This document shows positions 28,702-38,400 of a stretch of 64,000 nt of DNA, one piece after another. Below the pieces are notes generated by a model, which did not search any database, had not been told where the DNA came from, and was given only the letters and a program-made list of their open reading frames with translations. Made by a program: the position numbers and the translations under genes. Source of the stretch: an uncultured Chthonomonadaceae bacterium (GTDB lineage Bacteria; Armatimonadota; Chthonomonadetes; Chthonomonadales; Chthonomonadaceae). Position 1 is the first letter of the stretch; each line of letters starts with the position of its first letter. The stretch spans positions 128,001 through 192,000 of the forward strand of contig CAWIEK010000044.1 in assembly GCA_963835065.1 (NCBI GenBank). The letters are read 5' to 3'.

Positions 28702-30060
28702 ATGAATTCATCCCTACGGCTTGTGGTTGGGCTAAGTCTGCTCACAGTTGTTGCGCCGGCTGCGAACGCGCAGACAACAAAATCGCCTGCCGCGAGTACG
28801 CCGCAGGCCAACTCCACAGCCGTCGCCACGCCGCCTGTAATCGAAGAACAAGCGCTGAACCTGCTGAAAAAGAATCAGCAGGCTATGCTTGCGCTGAGAA
28901 CGTATTACGCCGAGTGCCGCACCATTTTAACGCGAGACAAGCCGCGCCCTGCTAATCCTAATGGGCAATTTGAATTGGCGACGCTGACGGCGGAAAAGCC
29001 TAACAAAATGCGCTACGACCGTTGGGAGTTAGCAGGCAGCCCACCTGCGAGTGGCTGGACTAAGCCCGCTGCTTCGCCAGATTACACGTTTGCCTGTGAC
29101 GGCAAGGACAATTACAAGCAGTTTGGAAAGATGTACCGCAAGGATGATCGCGTCACGCCTGAATACATGCACACGATACTGGAACCCTGGGGCGGATTTT
29201 ACGCGGAGTCTGGTTCCGCGTATGCTTCGGCTATGGCGTCGCGCAAGCAGAACGAGTTGCGCGACGCGCGCATCACCGGGCAGGAATCTGTAGAAGGCCT
29301 AACCTGCGACAAAGTGTTCGTTCACGCAGTCTCGTCCTACAACGGGCAAAAAGTTGAAAATACGGCGACGTACTCTATCGGGCCGGACGGCTTGGTACGT
29401 CACTATCTAAATCACGTTTCGTTCAACGACACGCCGGGCATTAGTTACGACGCGACGCTGACCAACATTCGCCTGAATGAACCTGTGGATGCAGCCATCT
29501 ATGCGTACACGCCGCCATCGGGCGTGAAGCCGGAGCCGGATGAGAAATCCACTCCCCTGTTGGCGAACGGCACAACGGCACCGGACTTTACCGCGACGGA
29601 CATCAACAAGAAGCCCGTAAAACTGTCGGACTTGCGCGGCAAAGTGGTGGTGATTGATTTTTGGGCGAGTTGGTGTGGGCCATGCAACGCCGCCATGCCG
29701 CACAATCAGGCCGTGATAAAGAAACTGAAGGCGGAAGGCTTGCCGGTTGTGATGCTGGCCGTAGACAATGCCGAAGGCCGTCCCGATTTTGAAACCTGGG
29801 TCAAGCAGAAGCAGGCAAGTTTGTCCGCACTGACGTTCGTCTTCATTTCGACAAAAGAAGACGTGAGCGGCAAGCAGTTCAACGTTTCGGGCATCCCGAC
29901 GCAGTACGTGCTGGACAAAAACGGCGTGGTTCGCGCTTCGTTTGTCGGCTTCGACAAGCCCGACAATGAACTGGAAAAAGCCGTTCGCGCCGCGCTGGGC
30001 AAGAGCGGGGCCGGCAAGGGTGGCAACGCGAAGATCGCCGCTGCCCCCGGCAAAAAGTAG
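28702..30060 (+). CDS. Secreted protein with a LolA-like N-terminal region and a TlpA/redoxin domain
   Basis: GGAG RBS before ATG 28702; signal peptide; DFWASWCGPC. The LolA-like call is inferred from EKPNKMR and YTPPSG. Confidence 0.88.
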   Translation: MNSSLRLVVGLSLLTVVAPAANAQTTKSPAASTPQANSTAVATPPVIEEQALNLLKKNQQAMLALRTYYAECRTILTRDKPRPANPNGQFELATLTAEKPNKMRYDRWELAGSPPASGWTKPAASPDYTFACDGKDNYKQFGKMYRKDDRVTPEYMHTILEPWGGFYAESGSAYASAMASRKQNELRDARITGQESVEGLTCDKVFVHAVSSYNGQKVENTATYSIGPDGLVRHYLNHVSFNDTPGISYDATLTNIRLNEPVDAAIYAYTPPSGVKPEPDEKSTPLLANGTTAPDFTATDINKKPVKLSDLRGKVVVIDFWASWCGPCNAAMPHNQAVIKKLKAEGLPVVMLAVDNAEGRPDFETWVKQKQASLSALTFVFISTKEDVSGKQFNVSGIPTQYVLDKNGVVRASFVGFDKPDNELEKAVRAALGKSGAGKGGNAKIAAAPGKK

Positions 30061-30116
30061 TCTCAACAATTTCAACATGAAAGCAGACGTGAAAACTAAC
30101 AAGGAGAGCAGGGAAC

Positions 30117-30353
30117 ATGAGTACATTTGATCGCGTGAAGAAGGTTCTGGTGGAGCAACTGGATGTGGATGAGGATGCGGTAACGCAGACAGCCTCCATC
30201 GTGGACGATCTGGGCGCGGATTCGCTGGACGTGGTGGAAATCATCATGGGGCTGGAAGAGGAATTCGACGTGGAAATTCCCGACGAGGACGCCGAAAAAA
30301 TCACCACCGTGCAGCAGATCATTACCTACGTTGAAGAAAAAGGCAAGGGCTAA
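30117..30353 (+). CDS. acpP: Acyl carrier protein
   Basis: [28 protein letters not shown]. Confidence 0.98.
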   Translation: MSTFDRVKKVLVEQLDVDEDAVTQTASIVDDLGADSLDVVEIIMGLEEEFDVEIPDEDAEKITTVQQIITYVEEKGKG

Positions 30354-30430
30354 GTGGTTGATAGTTGATAGTTGATAGTTCGTAGTTCCCGAATGTCTAT
30401 CAACTACGAACTATCAACTATCAACTACCA
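30354..30430. repeat. Inverted tandem-heptamer element (GTTGATA)
   Basis: gttgatagttgatagttgatagttcgtagtt ... aactacgaactatcaactatcaact; the variant unit is mirrored. Confidence 0.9.
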
Positions 30431-30512
30431 AACTGACGCTTGCTTTCGCTCCAGATTGAGGAGCCATGAAGAGAGTTTGCACCCGGCGGCAGCGCCGGGT
30501 GAGGATTGGATT

Positions 30513-31781
30513 ATGAACGCAGAAAGTGCGAGTACGCAGCAGGCGCGGCGCGTCGTCATTACCGGTGTCGGCGCGGTGACGCCCATAGGACAATCAGCGG
30601 AAACCTTCTGGAAGGCGTGTCTGGCGGGCTGTTCCGGCGTGTCTCCCATCACGGGCTTTGACACGACCGGGTATTCCACGCGCTTTGCAGCGGAAATCAA
30701 GAATTGGGACGCCGCGCCCTACATGGAGAAGAAAGACGCCCGCCGCATGGCGACGTTTATTCAGTTTGCCGTGAAAGCCGCCGTTCTTGCGGTGGAAGAT
30801 TCCGGGCTTGCCATCAACGACGACAACCGGGATCGTATCGGCGTGTACATCGGTTCGGGCATCGGCGGCATCGGCATCATCGAGGCGCAGCACCAGATTT
30901 TGCTGGAAAAAGGGCCGGATCGCGTCAGCCCGTTCATCATTCCCGGCATTATTTGCGATATGGGCACGGGCATGGTTTCGATTGTGCTGGGTACGCGCGG
31001 CCCCAACGCCTGTATCACCACCGCCTGCACGACGGGAACCAACAACATCGGCGAAGCCTACCACATCATTCGGCGCGGCGACGCGGACGCGATGGTGACA
31101 GGTGGAGCCGAAGCGAGCATTTCTCCGCTTGCTATGGCGGGGTTCTGCCAGGCGCGCGCCCTGTCACAGCGCAACGACGATCCCGAACACGCCAGCCGTC
31201 CGTTCGATGGCGACCGTGACGGTTTCGTGATGGGCGAAGGCAGCGGCATTCTCGTTTTGGAAACGCTGGAAGGCGCAAAAGCGCGGGGCGCGAAGATTTA
31301 TGCGGAAATCGTCGGCTACGGCTCGACGGGCGATGCGTACCATATCACCAGCCCGCCCGCGGATGGCAGCGGCGCTATCCGCTCCATGAAGGCCGCGCTT
31401 GCGTCCGCAAACATGCAGCCCGAAGAAGTGGATTACATCAACGCGCACGGCACGTCCACGGAACTCAACGACAAGACCGAGACGATGGCGATTAAAACGG
31501 TGATGGGTGAGCATGCTTACAAAATCCCCATCAGCAGCACCAAGTCCATGACCGGGCATCTGCTCGGCGCGGCAGGCGCGGTGGAAGCCATTGTCTGCGT
31601 CCTGACCATTCGAGACGGCATCGTACACCCCACTATCAACTACCACACGCCCGACCCGAACTGCGATTTGGATTACGTGCCCAATCAGGCGCGTAAAGCA
31701 AAGGTAGACGTCGCCCTGTCCAACTCCTTCGGCTTCGGCGGCCACAACGGAACCCTGATTTTCAAGCGCTGCGAGGCATAA
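30513..31781 (+). CDS. fabF: Beta-ketoacyl-ACP synthase II
   Basis: RRVVITG, TAC, NAHGTST, GHLLGAAG, SNSFGFGGHN. Confidence 0.98.
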   Translation: MNAESASTQQARRVVITGVGAVTPIGQSAETFWKACLAGCSGVSPITGFDTTGYSTRFAAEIKNWDAAPYMEKKDARRMATFIQFAVKAAVLAVEDSGLAINDDNRDRIGVYIGSGIGGIGIIEAQHQILLEKGPDRVSPFIIPGIICDMGTGMVSIVLGTRGPNACITTACTTGTNNIGEAYHIIRRGDADAMVTGGAEASISPLAMAGFCQARALSQRNDDPEHASRPFDGDRDGFVMGEGSGILVLETLEGAKARGAKIYAEIVGYGSTGDAYHITSPPADGSGAIRSMKAALASANMQPEEVDYINAHGTSTELNDKTETMAIKTVMGEHAYKIPISSTKSMTGHLLGAAGAVEAIVCVLTIRDGIVHPTINYHTPDPNCDLDYVPNQARKAKVDVALSNSFGFGGHNGTLIFKRCEA

Positions 31782-31807
31782 GGGAACAATTTTTACATGC
31801 AAATACT

Positions 31808-31838
31808 TGCAGGGACACAGCATTGCTGTGTCCCTGCA
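31808..31838. terminator. Perfect REP-like palindrome, probably the terminator between convergent genes
   Basis: TGCAGGGACACAGCA-t-TGCTGTGTCCCTGCA followed by TTTTT. Confidence 0.7.
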
Positions 31839-31879
31839 TTTTTGGCTTCTAAATACAAAGCGATTTGGCATGTAGTTTT

Positions 31880-32395
31880 TCAGATGTTGGCGGCGCGGGA
31901 TTCGGTTTCCCCAATGACGAACACCATTGCCAGCGCCAGCGCGATTTTGAGCAGCGACATAATCATGGCAAGTACGCCGACTACGGGAATGGCGAACGAA
32001 AACACAAAGCCACCGAGCATTCCGAAAGCGCCATCCAGAATTTGCAGGAAGCACAGCACGTTGACGATGCCGCGCGCCAGTTCCACGCGGGCAATCAATC
32101 CAACGCCCACCAGCAAGGTAATCACGGCAAAGACAATGCTGATCGTGCTGAACAGGCTGCCGGGATGCTTGGACGTAAGGGCGGAAATAACATCGTACAA
32201 GCCGCTCACGATCCACCAGCCCGCAATGCCGTAATACGCGGGCCAAACCCACTTCAGGTTCAGAGACTGGCCGGGCGTTTCCTCCTCGTTATTGGCGGAA
32301 GCGCGTTTCGGCGCAGAAGTGAATGTATTGCCGCAAAACTGGCATTTCCCCGCCCAATCCGGCAGGGTCGCATTACATTTCGGACAGTTAATCAT
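31880..32395 (-). CDS. Zinc-ribbon membrane protein
   Basis: CPKC...CQFCG followed by about 4 hydrophobic segments; AAAGGAGG RBS. Confidence 0.85.
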   Translation of the reverse strand: MINCPKCNATLPDWAGKCQFCGNTFTSAPKRASANNEEETPGQSLNLKWVWPAYYGIAGWWIVSGLYDVISALTSKHPGSLFSTISIVFAVITLLVGVGLIARVELARGIVNVLCFLQILDGAFGMLGGFVFSFAIPVVGVLAMIMSLLKIALALAMVFVIGETESRAANI

Positions 32396-32429
32396 GGCGC
32401 GTATCCTCCTTTTTACCTACCTGTTCTAT

Positions 32430-34049
32430 TTACAGCGCGATTGCTGCTTCTATCTTCTCATCCAGTGAGAATAGACGGTACTTGCCGTCCATCTGCTTTT
32501 CCAGCATATAAAGCCCGCCCCAGTGCGCGCCAGCCAGCCAGGTATTTGCGTCCAGAGTCAGCAAATGCGTGGGCGTCCAATTCTTGTGGGTGTTTGTAAA
32601 CGCCAGAATAGGATGGATCGTTGTGCCCTGTATGTGGTACAATCCGCGCGAACCTATTGCCAGGAGGCTGCCATCAGCCTGAACTTCCATGCCAGTCACA
32701 TCTGCTGATCTCGGCTCGGCCTGTGCATCTGTGGGAGGATCGCTGAAAAAGTCATTGCTAAAGTTGGTCTGCGCGTTGAACAGGGCGATGTGGTAAGCGT
32801 CAGATTATTTCGATGTCAGCAGGGAAGAGGCGACGATAGACGAGCCGGCGGCAATCCACAGGCTGCCGTTTCCCCGTGCCAGATAGCTCCAGACATTCTC
32901 CCATCGTGGGCCGTCCGAGCCGACCAAGCCCGTATCCTCATCAAAATAGATCAACTTTCGCGGATCAAACAAATTCAGCCAGGAGAGCCGCTTGTCAGTC
33001 TCTCTCTGCCCCTCATCTCGAAAGTATAAACGCCGTCCAATCAACTGTGGCGGCACTCCGCACCGGGGCAGGCTGACGCTGCCATGATACACAGATTGCC
33101 ACTGCTCTTCTGCCCATCGGGTTACGCTATGCGGACGAATGGCAAGCAGATGGTCATGGTCAATCCCCAATCGCAGCGCGCCATCGCCCGGCGGAAGCGG
33201 AAGCGCGTTATGAATTTTGCCATCCACTTCCAGCACAACGTTCGTACCGTTTGTTGTGCCGTGAAAGTAGGCTTTGCCGCCGATCACCACGCCTTCTTCA
33301 AGCCGCGTAATCTCAGGCAGGCGTATGGGGTGTACGACGCGCTGCTGCAAATCGAGGAAAAAACAGGGTGTAGTGAAATTGTCATCGTTCACGCCCCTGC
33401 TGATTTTGGCCGTCAGCAGCACGCCATTTGCGAACGGAGCCATATAGCGGATGCGAAGGCCAGAAGGGGGGCGCGGCGGCAGCGTAAGAATCTGCTGCGG
33501 CTTCCCTGTAATTATCATGCCTGCCATTCGGCTGCGAATTGCCGCCTGTGCCTGCCTGACACGCTTTTTCTCTTTCCTGTCTGCGATTTCGGCCTGTTTC
33601 CAGTAAGCCTGACAGGTTGTTACCTGACCGCGCAAATCAATCGGCTTATGGTTGAGATGCCGCCAAAACGAAGCCAGAATAATGCCGGACATATCATCGG
33701 GATGAAAGATGTCCTGCTTGTTGAACCATTGAGCAAGCCGCAGCCCTTTCCACAATCCCCAATTGTTGCGCAGCCACATTCCCAATCCGAAATGGTAGCC
33801 AAGCATGTCTCGTTCAGCGCCTCGCCTCATATCAGCAAGCAGGGCAGGGTCAAGCATTTTCTGTAGTTCTACGAATGTGTCCGGCAGGTCGCGGGGAATG
33901 TATACTCCCGTTGGGAATGTTTTGCTTCGGGTAGGATGGATACGAAATTTACTCGCATCGGCCTGCGGGCTGCGCTGCGAGGATGATTGCGCCCGCAGGC
34001 ACGGAGCCGCCAACATAAGCAAAATCAAAATCAGCAGAAAACGCTTCAT
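32430..34049 (-). pseudogene. Secreted DUF6794-like protein interrupted by an in-frame TAA at 32805-32807
   Basis: HFGLGMWLRNNWGLW..HPDDMSGIIL motif; the same frame stays open after the stop and runs into the 32430-32699 ORF. Confidence 0.7.
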
Positions 34050-34099
34050 AATCTCCCCTTGTTAGGATGACAAGAGCAGAACGGCAACAGCGCCCGTTG

Positions 34100-34571
34100 T
34101 TACGACCAGGTTGTGCCCCGGTTGTTGAGCTGCGGCTGTTGCTGTTGCGGCGGGGGCGCGAGGACGGAAAGCGGGTAGGTGGCGATCAGTTCGCCGTCCG
34201 CGTACACTTCCGCCTGATACACGCCGTGCTTGGGAAGCGGCAGGGATTGCAGGTTGAGGCCGATTTGCAAGCGTGGCGAAACTGGCGGTCTTGAGGCTGC
34301 GCTGGACGCCGTTCCAATCGCAGGGCAGATTGGGCGAGTTGAAAATCGCGTCGCCGTCCGGCCCGATGAATTTGAAAACCAGTTCGCGCGCCTGCGGGGT
34401 CGTGACGCGCAGGCACATCGCCACCGCCACGTTTACCAGAACCGGCAACTGCTGCGCCATCAGGGCGGAGTAGATGCCAATGAGCGATTGCTTGCTTGTC
34501 TGCGCCTCGGTAATCACCTGGTCGCACAGCACAAAATAACTTACTTGAATGTCTTTGTCCGTTCCCTGCAT
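34100..34571 (-). CDS. DUF6941-like small beta protein, frameshift near 34270
   Basis: VLCDQVI..KQSLIGIY; removing one base gives ..LQIGLNLQSLPLPKHGVYQAEVYADGELIATYPL. Confidence 0.75.
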
Positions 34572-34615
34572 GTTGGTTTCTCCTGTGTTTGCTGTCCTTT
34601 GTTCTTTGTGTCCTC

Positions 34616-34678
34616 ATTATAGGCGAATAGCGCGGATTTTGCAACCGAATTGACGTTTATTCCGTCTTGCACTATAAT
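34616..34678. promoter_or_regulatory. Back-to-back divergent sigma70 promoters
   Basis: Minus strand TTGCAA(34644-34639)-17-TATAAT(34621-34616); plus strand TTGACG(34650-34655)-17-TATAAT(34673-34678). Confidence 0.75.
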
Positions 34679-34687
34679 GTAGGCAGA

Positions 34688-34719
34688 AGTGATAAGGGAT
34701 AAGTGGTAAGTGGTAAGGG
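34688..34719. repeat. Lone heptamer arm (GKGRTAA)
   Basis: agtgataagggataagtggtaagtggtaaggg; same family as 2783-2863, no partner arm seen. Confidence 0.7.
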
Positions 34720-34767
34720 ATCGGATTACAGGTTCGGCATACTCGCGCCGGAATTTAGGAAAAGCGC

Positions 34768-36088
34768 ATGGACTTGTTTGAGAAAATCAATCGCTCGTTT
34801 GGATCGTGGTACGAAGGGCTGTTTGGCGGCGGCGGTGACGACGTGCGGCCCAAAGACATTCTGCGCCGGATTCTGGCCGCAATGGAAGACAACCGCAAAG
34901 AGGGCTTCGATAACCGCGTGTACGTGCCCAACCAGTACGTGCTGGAAATCAACGTTCACGATGACGAGGAAAAAGACTACCTGCTGTCGTTTTTGGATCG
35001 GGGCGAGTTGGAGTCCGCGATACGTCGTTATTGCAAACAAAACAACTACGTGATTCGCGGCGCGCTGGATTTCACCATTAAAGAGGTAGACGATCCCGAA
35101 CTCAACGACAAGCGCGGCGAGAAAGTGCGCGTTCGCTGCCGCTACAATACCAAAATCACCGGGCCGGAAACTGCTTCGCCTGCTTCGGCGGCAGAGAAAT
35201 TCGCGGCAAACGGCAGTCGCGGACATGCGGACGCGGACGGCGAAGACCGCACGGTTGCCAGCGTGTCGCGCCAGATGGAAGACGAGGAGGGCGGCACGGT
35301 TCCCGCCGTGACGCGGGCCGCCCTTGTCGTTTATGCCCCGGATCGCCCGCCCTTTCGCTACGGAATTGCGCGCGGCAATGTGACGATTGGGCGTTCCAAA
35401 TCCGGCAACGATTTGACCGTTGACAACGACGGGCAGATTTCCAAGCGCCATGCGCGTATCGAACTCGACGCGGACGGCAAGTTCACGGTTTATGATTTGG
35501 GCAGCACCAACGGCACGAAAGTCAACGGGCGGCGCGTGGAAAACCGAACGCTCAACGATGGTGACGAGATTTTAGTCGGCACGACCCGGCTCGTGTTCCA
35601 GCAGGCGCGTCCTGCCGAAATGGATATGGAAGCGCCCGTTGATAACGAGGAAGAATCCGGCACGGTTGCGAATGTGGAAACCCGTACGCCAGCGGCAACC
35701 AACGGCCCTACCGCCGCGCCCACGCGCTCCCATCCGCGACAACGACGGCAGTTCCGGCCCCGCGCCTCCGATTCGTTCGCTGCGCGCCCGCACCGCGCGC
35801 CTTGTGCTGACCAATAAAGGGCATGACGTGGATGATTTTCTCTTAGCGTCCGAAACGGTGATTGGCCGGGGCGTCACCAACGACATCGTACTCCCGGATC
35901 GCTCCATCGCCACGCGCCATGCCCGCATCATCAACGACGGCACGGACTATACGCTGGAAAGCCTGGGCAACGCCGTCACCACGCTCAACGCCCTGCCCAT
36001 GCCCGCAGGCCACGCGCAGCCGCTCAAAGACGGCGACCGCATCGGCCTGGGCGACCTGCTCCTGCGCTTTGAGAGTGGACAACCGTGA
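34768..36088 (+). CDS. FhaA-like protein: DUF3662 + two FHA domains, frameshift near 35730
   Basis: YVPNQY (DUF3662); IGRS..ISKRHA..DLGSTNGT; second FHA IGRG..IATRHA..LKDGDRI in the shifted frame. Confidence 0.88.
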
Positions 36089-36092
36089 GGGA

Positions 36093-36154
36093 AATGATGA
36101 GTGATGAGTGATGAGTGATGAACGGAACTTATTCATCACTCATCATTCAGCATT
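36093..36154. repeat. Inverted tandem-heptamer element (GTGATGA)
   Basis: aatgatgagtgatgagtgatgagtgatgaa ... ttcatcactcatcattcagcatt. Confidence 0.88.
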
Positions 36155-36172
36155 GTTCTTGAAAGCACTCCT

Positions 36173-36271
36173 ATGAACGTACTCTTGGGAATGGCGCGGT
36201 ATTTGATGGCGGCGGGGTTTTTGCTGTTCATTGCGCTGCTGATCGGGCTGATGCGGCGGGATCGCGAATGA
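36173..36271 (+). CDS. 32-aa single-pass membrane microprotein
   Basis: MNVLLGMARYLMAAGFLLFIALLIGLMRRDRE; host-like codons; below the ORF-track cutoff. Confidence 0.6.
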   Translation: MNVLLGMARYLMAAGFLLFIALLIGLMRRDRE

Positions 36272-36336
36272 TCCGGGGCATCTGAAGTCATACAAAACAA
36301 TCTAAAACAATCCGAATTCATCCGAGGCTGTCTTTT

Positions 36337-38096
36337 ATGGATATACAAACTGATAATTCGCCGACGCGCGGCTTCAACCCGATTGCCGTCGGCTACAAAA
36401 CGGATAAGGGGCGTAAGCGTTCCGGCAATGAGGACAGTTTCGCCGTGTTTTCCGGGGAAGAATTGGGTGGGAATTTAGAGGGCTTGTTCGTGGTTGCGGA
36501 TGGCATGGGCGGCGCGAAGGGCGGCGAAATCGCCTCCAATCTCGTGATTAACAGCCTGCCGGAAGAAGTGCGGCTTGGAACTGCCGAACTGTCCGGCAAT
36601 GATCTGCCGCATGAACTCGCCAATTTGCTCAATCGCAGCATCAATTATGCCAACAGCGAAGTGTGGAACTACAAGCAGCAGCACGAAGGTTTTCAGGGCA
36701 TGGGCACAACCTGCGTAACCGCGATGATTGCGCATGCTCGCAAGTCGTGGGGTGACAAGCAAGGGTTTCTGGTGCTTGCCAATGTGGGCGACAGCCGCGC
36801 GTATCTGCTGCGGCAGGGCCGACTGAGCCAGATTACGGAAGACCATTCGGAAGTATGGGAGCAGGTCAAGGCGGGCAAAATGACGCCGGAACAGGCCGCT
36901 ACCAGCCGCTTCCGCAACACCATTACGCGGGCGATGGGACTGCGCTCGACTGTGAAGCCCGATATTACTATACGTACTCTGGAAGCCGGCGACGTGATTT
37001 TGATCTGCTCCGATGGCCTGTCAATCGAAGTGGACGATCTCACGATTGCCCGTCTGCTTGCCGGCAGCCCCGACCCGCAAACCGCCTGTGACCGCCTGGT
37101 GGAAACGGCTTTGAACAACGGCGGCTCCGACAACGTGACGGTTGTTGCTCTGCACTATGGCGCGTTTACGCCGTTAGACACAGCCACGTCTGCGCGGGAG
37201 CCGATGGCGGATGCCTGGGAGGAGAGCGAGAACGAGGACGTAACCGATCCCAATCAGGTTTGGAAGCGCAGCCTGGGTTCCGGGCGAACGTCGCAGCGGG
37301 AAGCGCCGGAAGAAGCGGAAGAGCGTTACGTATCCGGTTCGCGCCATTCCGCGCGGCTGGAATACGCCGGAGGCGTTGCAACTCCCCGGCGCGGCGTGTC
37401 GCCCCTGCTGTTCGGCCTGTTACTGCTTGCAGCGCTTGCCGAAGGCGCGGGGCTGTACCTGTTTTGGACCGGCAAACTCCAGCCTCGAAACGCCGCGCCC
37501 AAACCGCCGCCCGTTGCCGTTGAACCGACTTCCAAGCCGCTTGCTTATGGAAAGCCCGCGCTGCTGTACGGGCGTTCGCCCTTGTGGGAGGGCGCGCTGC
37601 ACGTTTTGCCGGATGGAAAGTTGCTGGTAGTCACGATAAACGGAGATGTGCTTGCGATTACCGCGTCCGGCCCGCAGAGTGGCTCACTGAACTTTTGGGC
37701 AATACGGCAGGCAAGCCCGTTCCCTTGCTGCAGCCCGTCAAGCGCATGGACGGTTCGATCAAGCCTCCTCCGATCGTGCCCATGCTTGCCGTAGACGTCA
37801 GCGGCAACCGCTACGAACTGAATCCTGCGACTCGCGCCATTGACAAGTACGACCCATCCGGCGTGATACAGGTTCACAGCATCGCGCAGGGCGCGCTGCA
37901 ACTCCCAACTAATCTGACGGTGGATAAATCCGGCAATATCTACGTGATTGACAATCACATTCTCAAAAAGATCACGGCGGTTCCCGACACCGGGCAGGCA
38001 GCAAACTCGTCTAACGCAGCGACAGCCCCGGCAGCGCCACCCGCGCAATCGCCTGCCGCTTCCAAACCGCCTACTCTTGAGCCAGATCATGAGTAA
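36337..38096 (+). CDS. PP2C (Stp1/PstP-like) phosphatase with a TM helix and NHL-like C-terminal domain, frameshift near 37690
   Basis: NED, VADGMGG, GMGTT, NVGDSRAY, CSDGL, GGSDNVT. Confidence 0.9.
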
Positions 38097-38130
38097 CATA
38101 GGCATGTATGTTGAAGGAGAGCTATAAGCC

Positions 38131-38400
38131 ATGTTGCCACAAACATTAGAAGGGGCTTGGGAAGATATACGCGCCCATGACGCGGAATTGATGGGGCATC
38201 GAGTACGCCTGACGATACTAACAACAGAAATTCCCTTGAAGCAGGCGCAAAGCGTGTCGCAAGGGCCTAATGAGGCAATGCTGACAGCCATGCGGGAAGC
38301 AGAGAAAATTCAGGAAGACATGCATCCGAAGTCTGGTTCAGATTCTGTTGCTATCATCCGCGAGGGACGCGCAGGAGCTATGTATTTGCCATGCCTTTAG
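38131..38400 (+). CDS. Small hypothetical, antitoxin-like protein
   Basis: GAAGGAG RBS; ..DSVAIIREGRAG; overlaps the kinase start. Confidence 0.65.
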   Translation: MLPQTLEGAWEDIRAHDAELMGHRVRLTILTTEIPLKQAQSVSQGPNEAMLTAMREAEKIQEDMHPKSGSDSVAIIREGRAGAMYLPCL

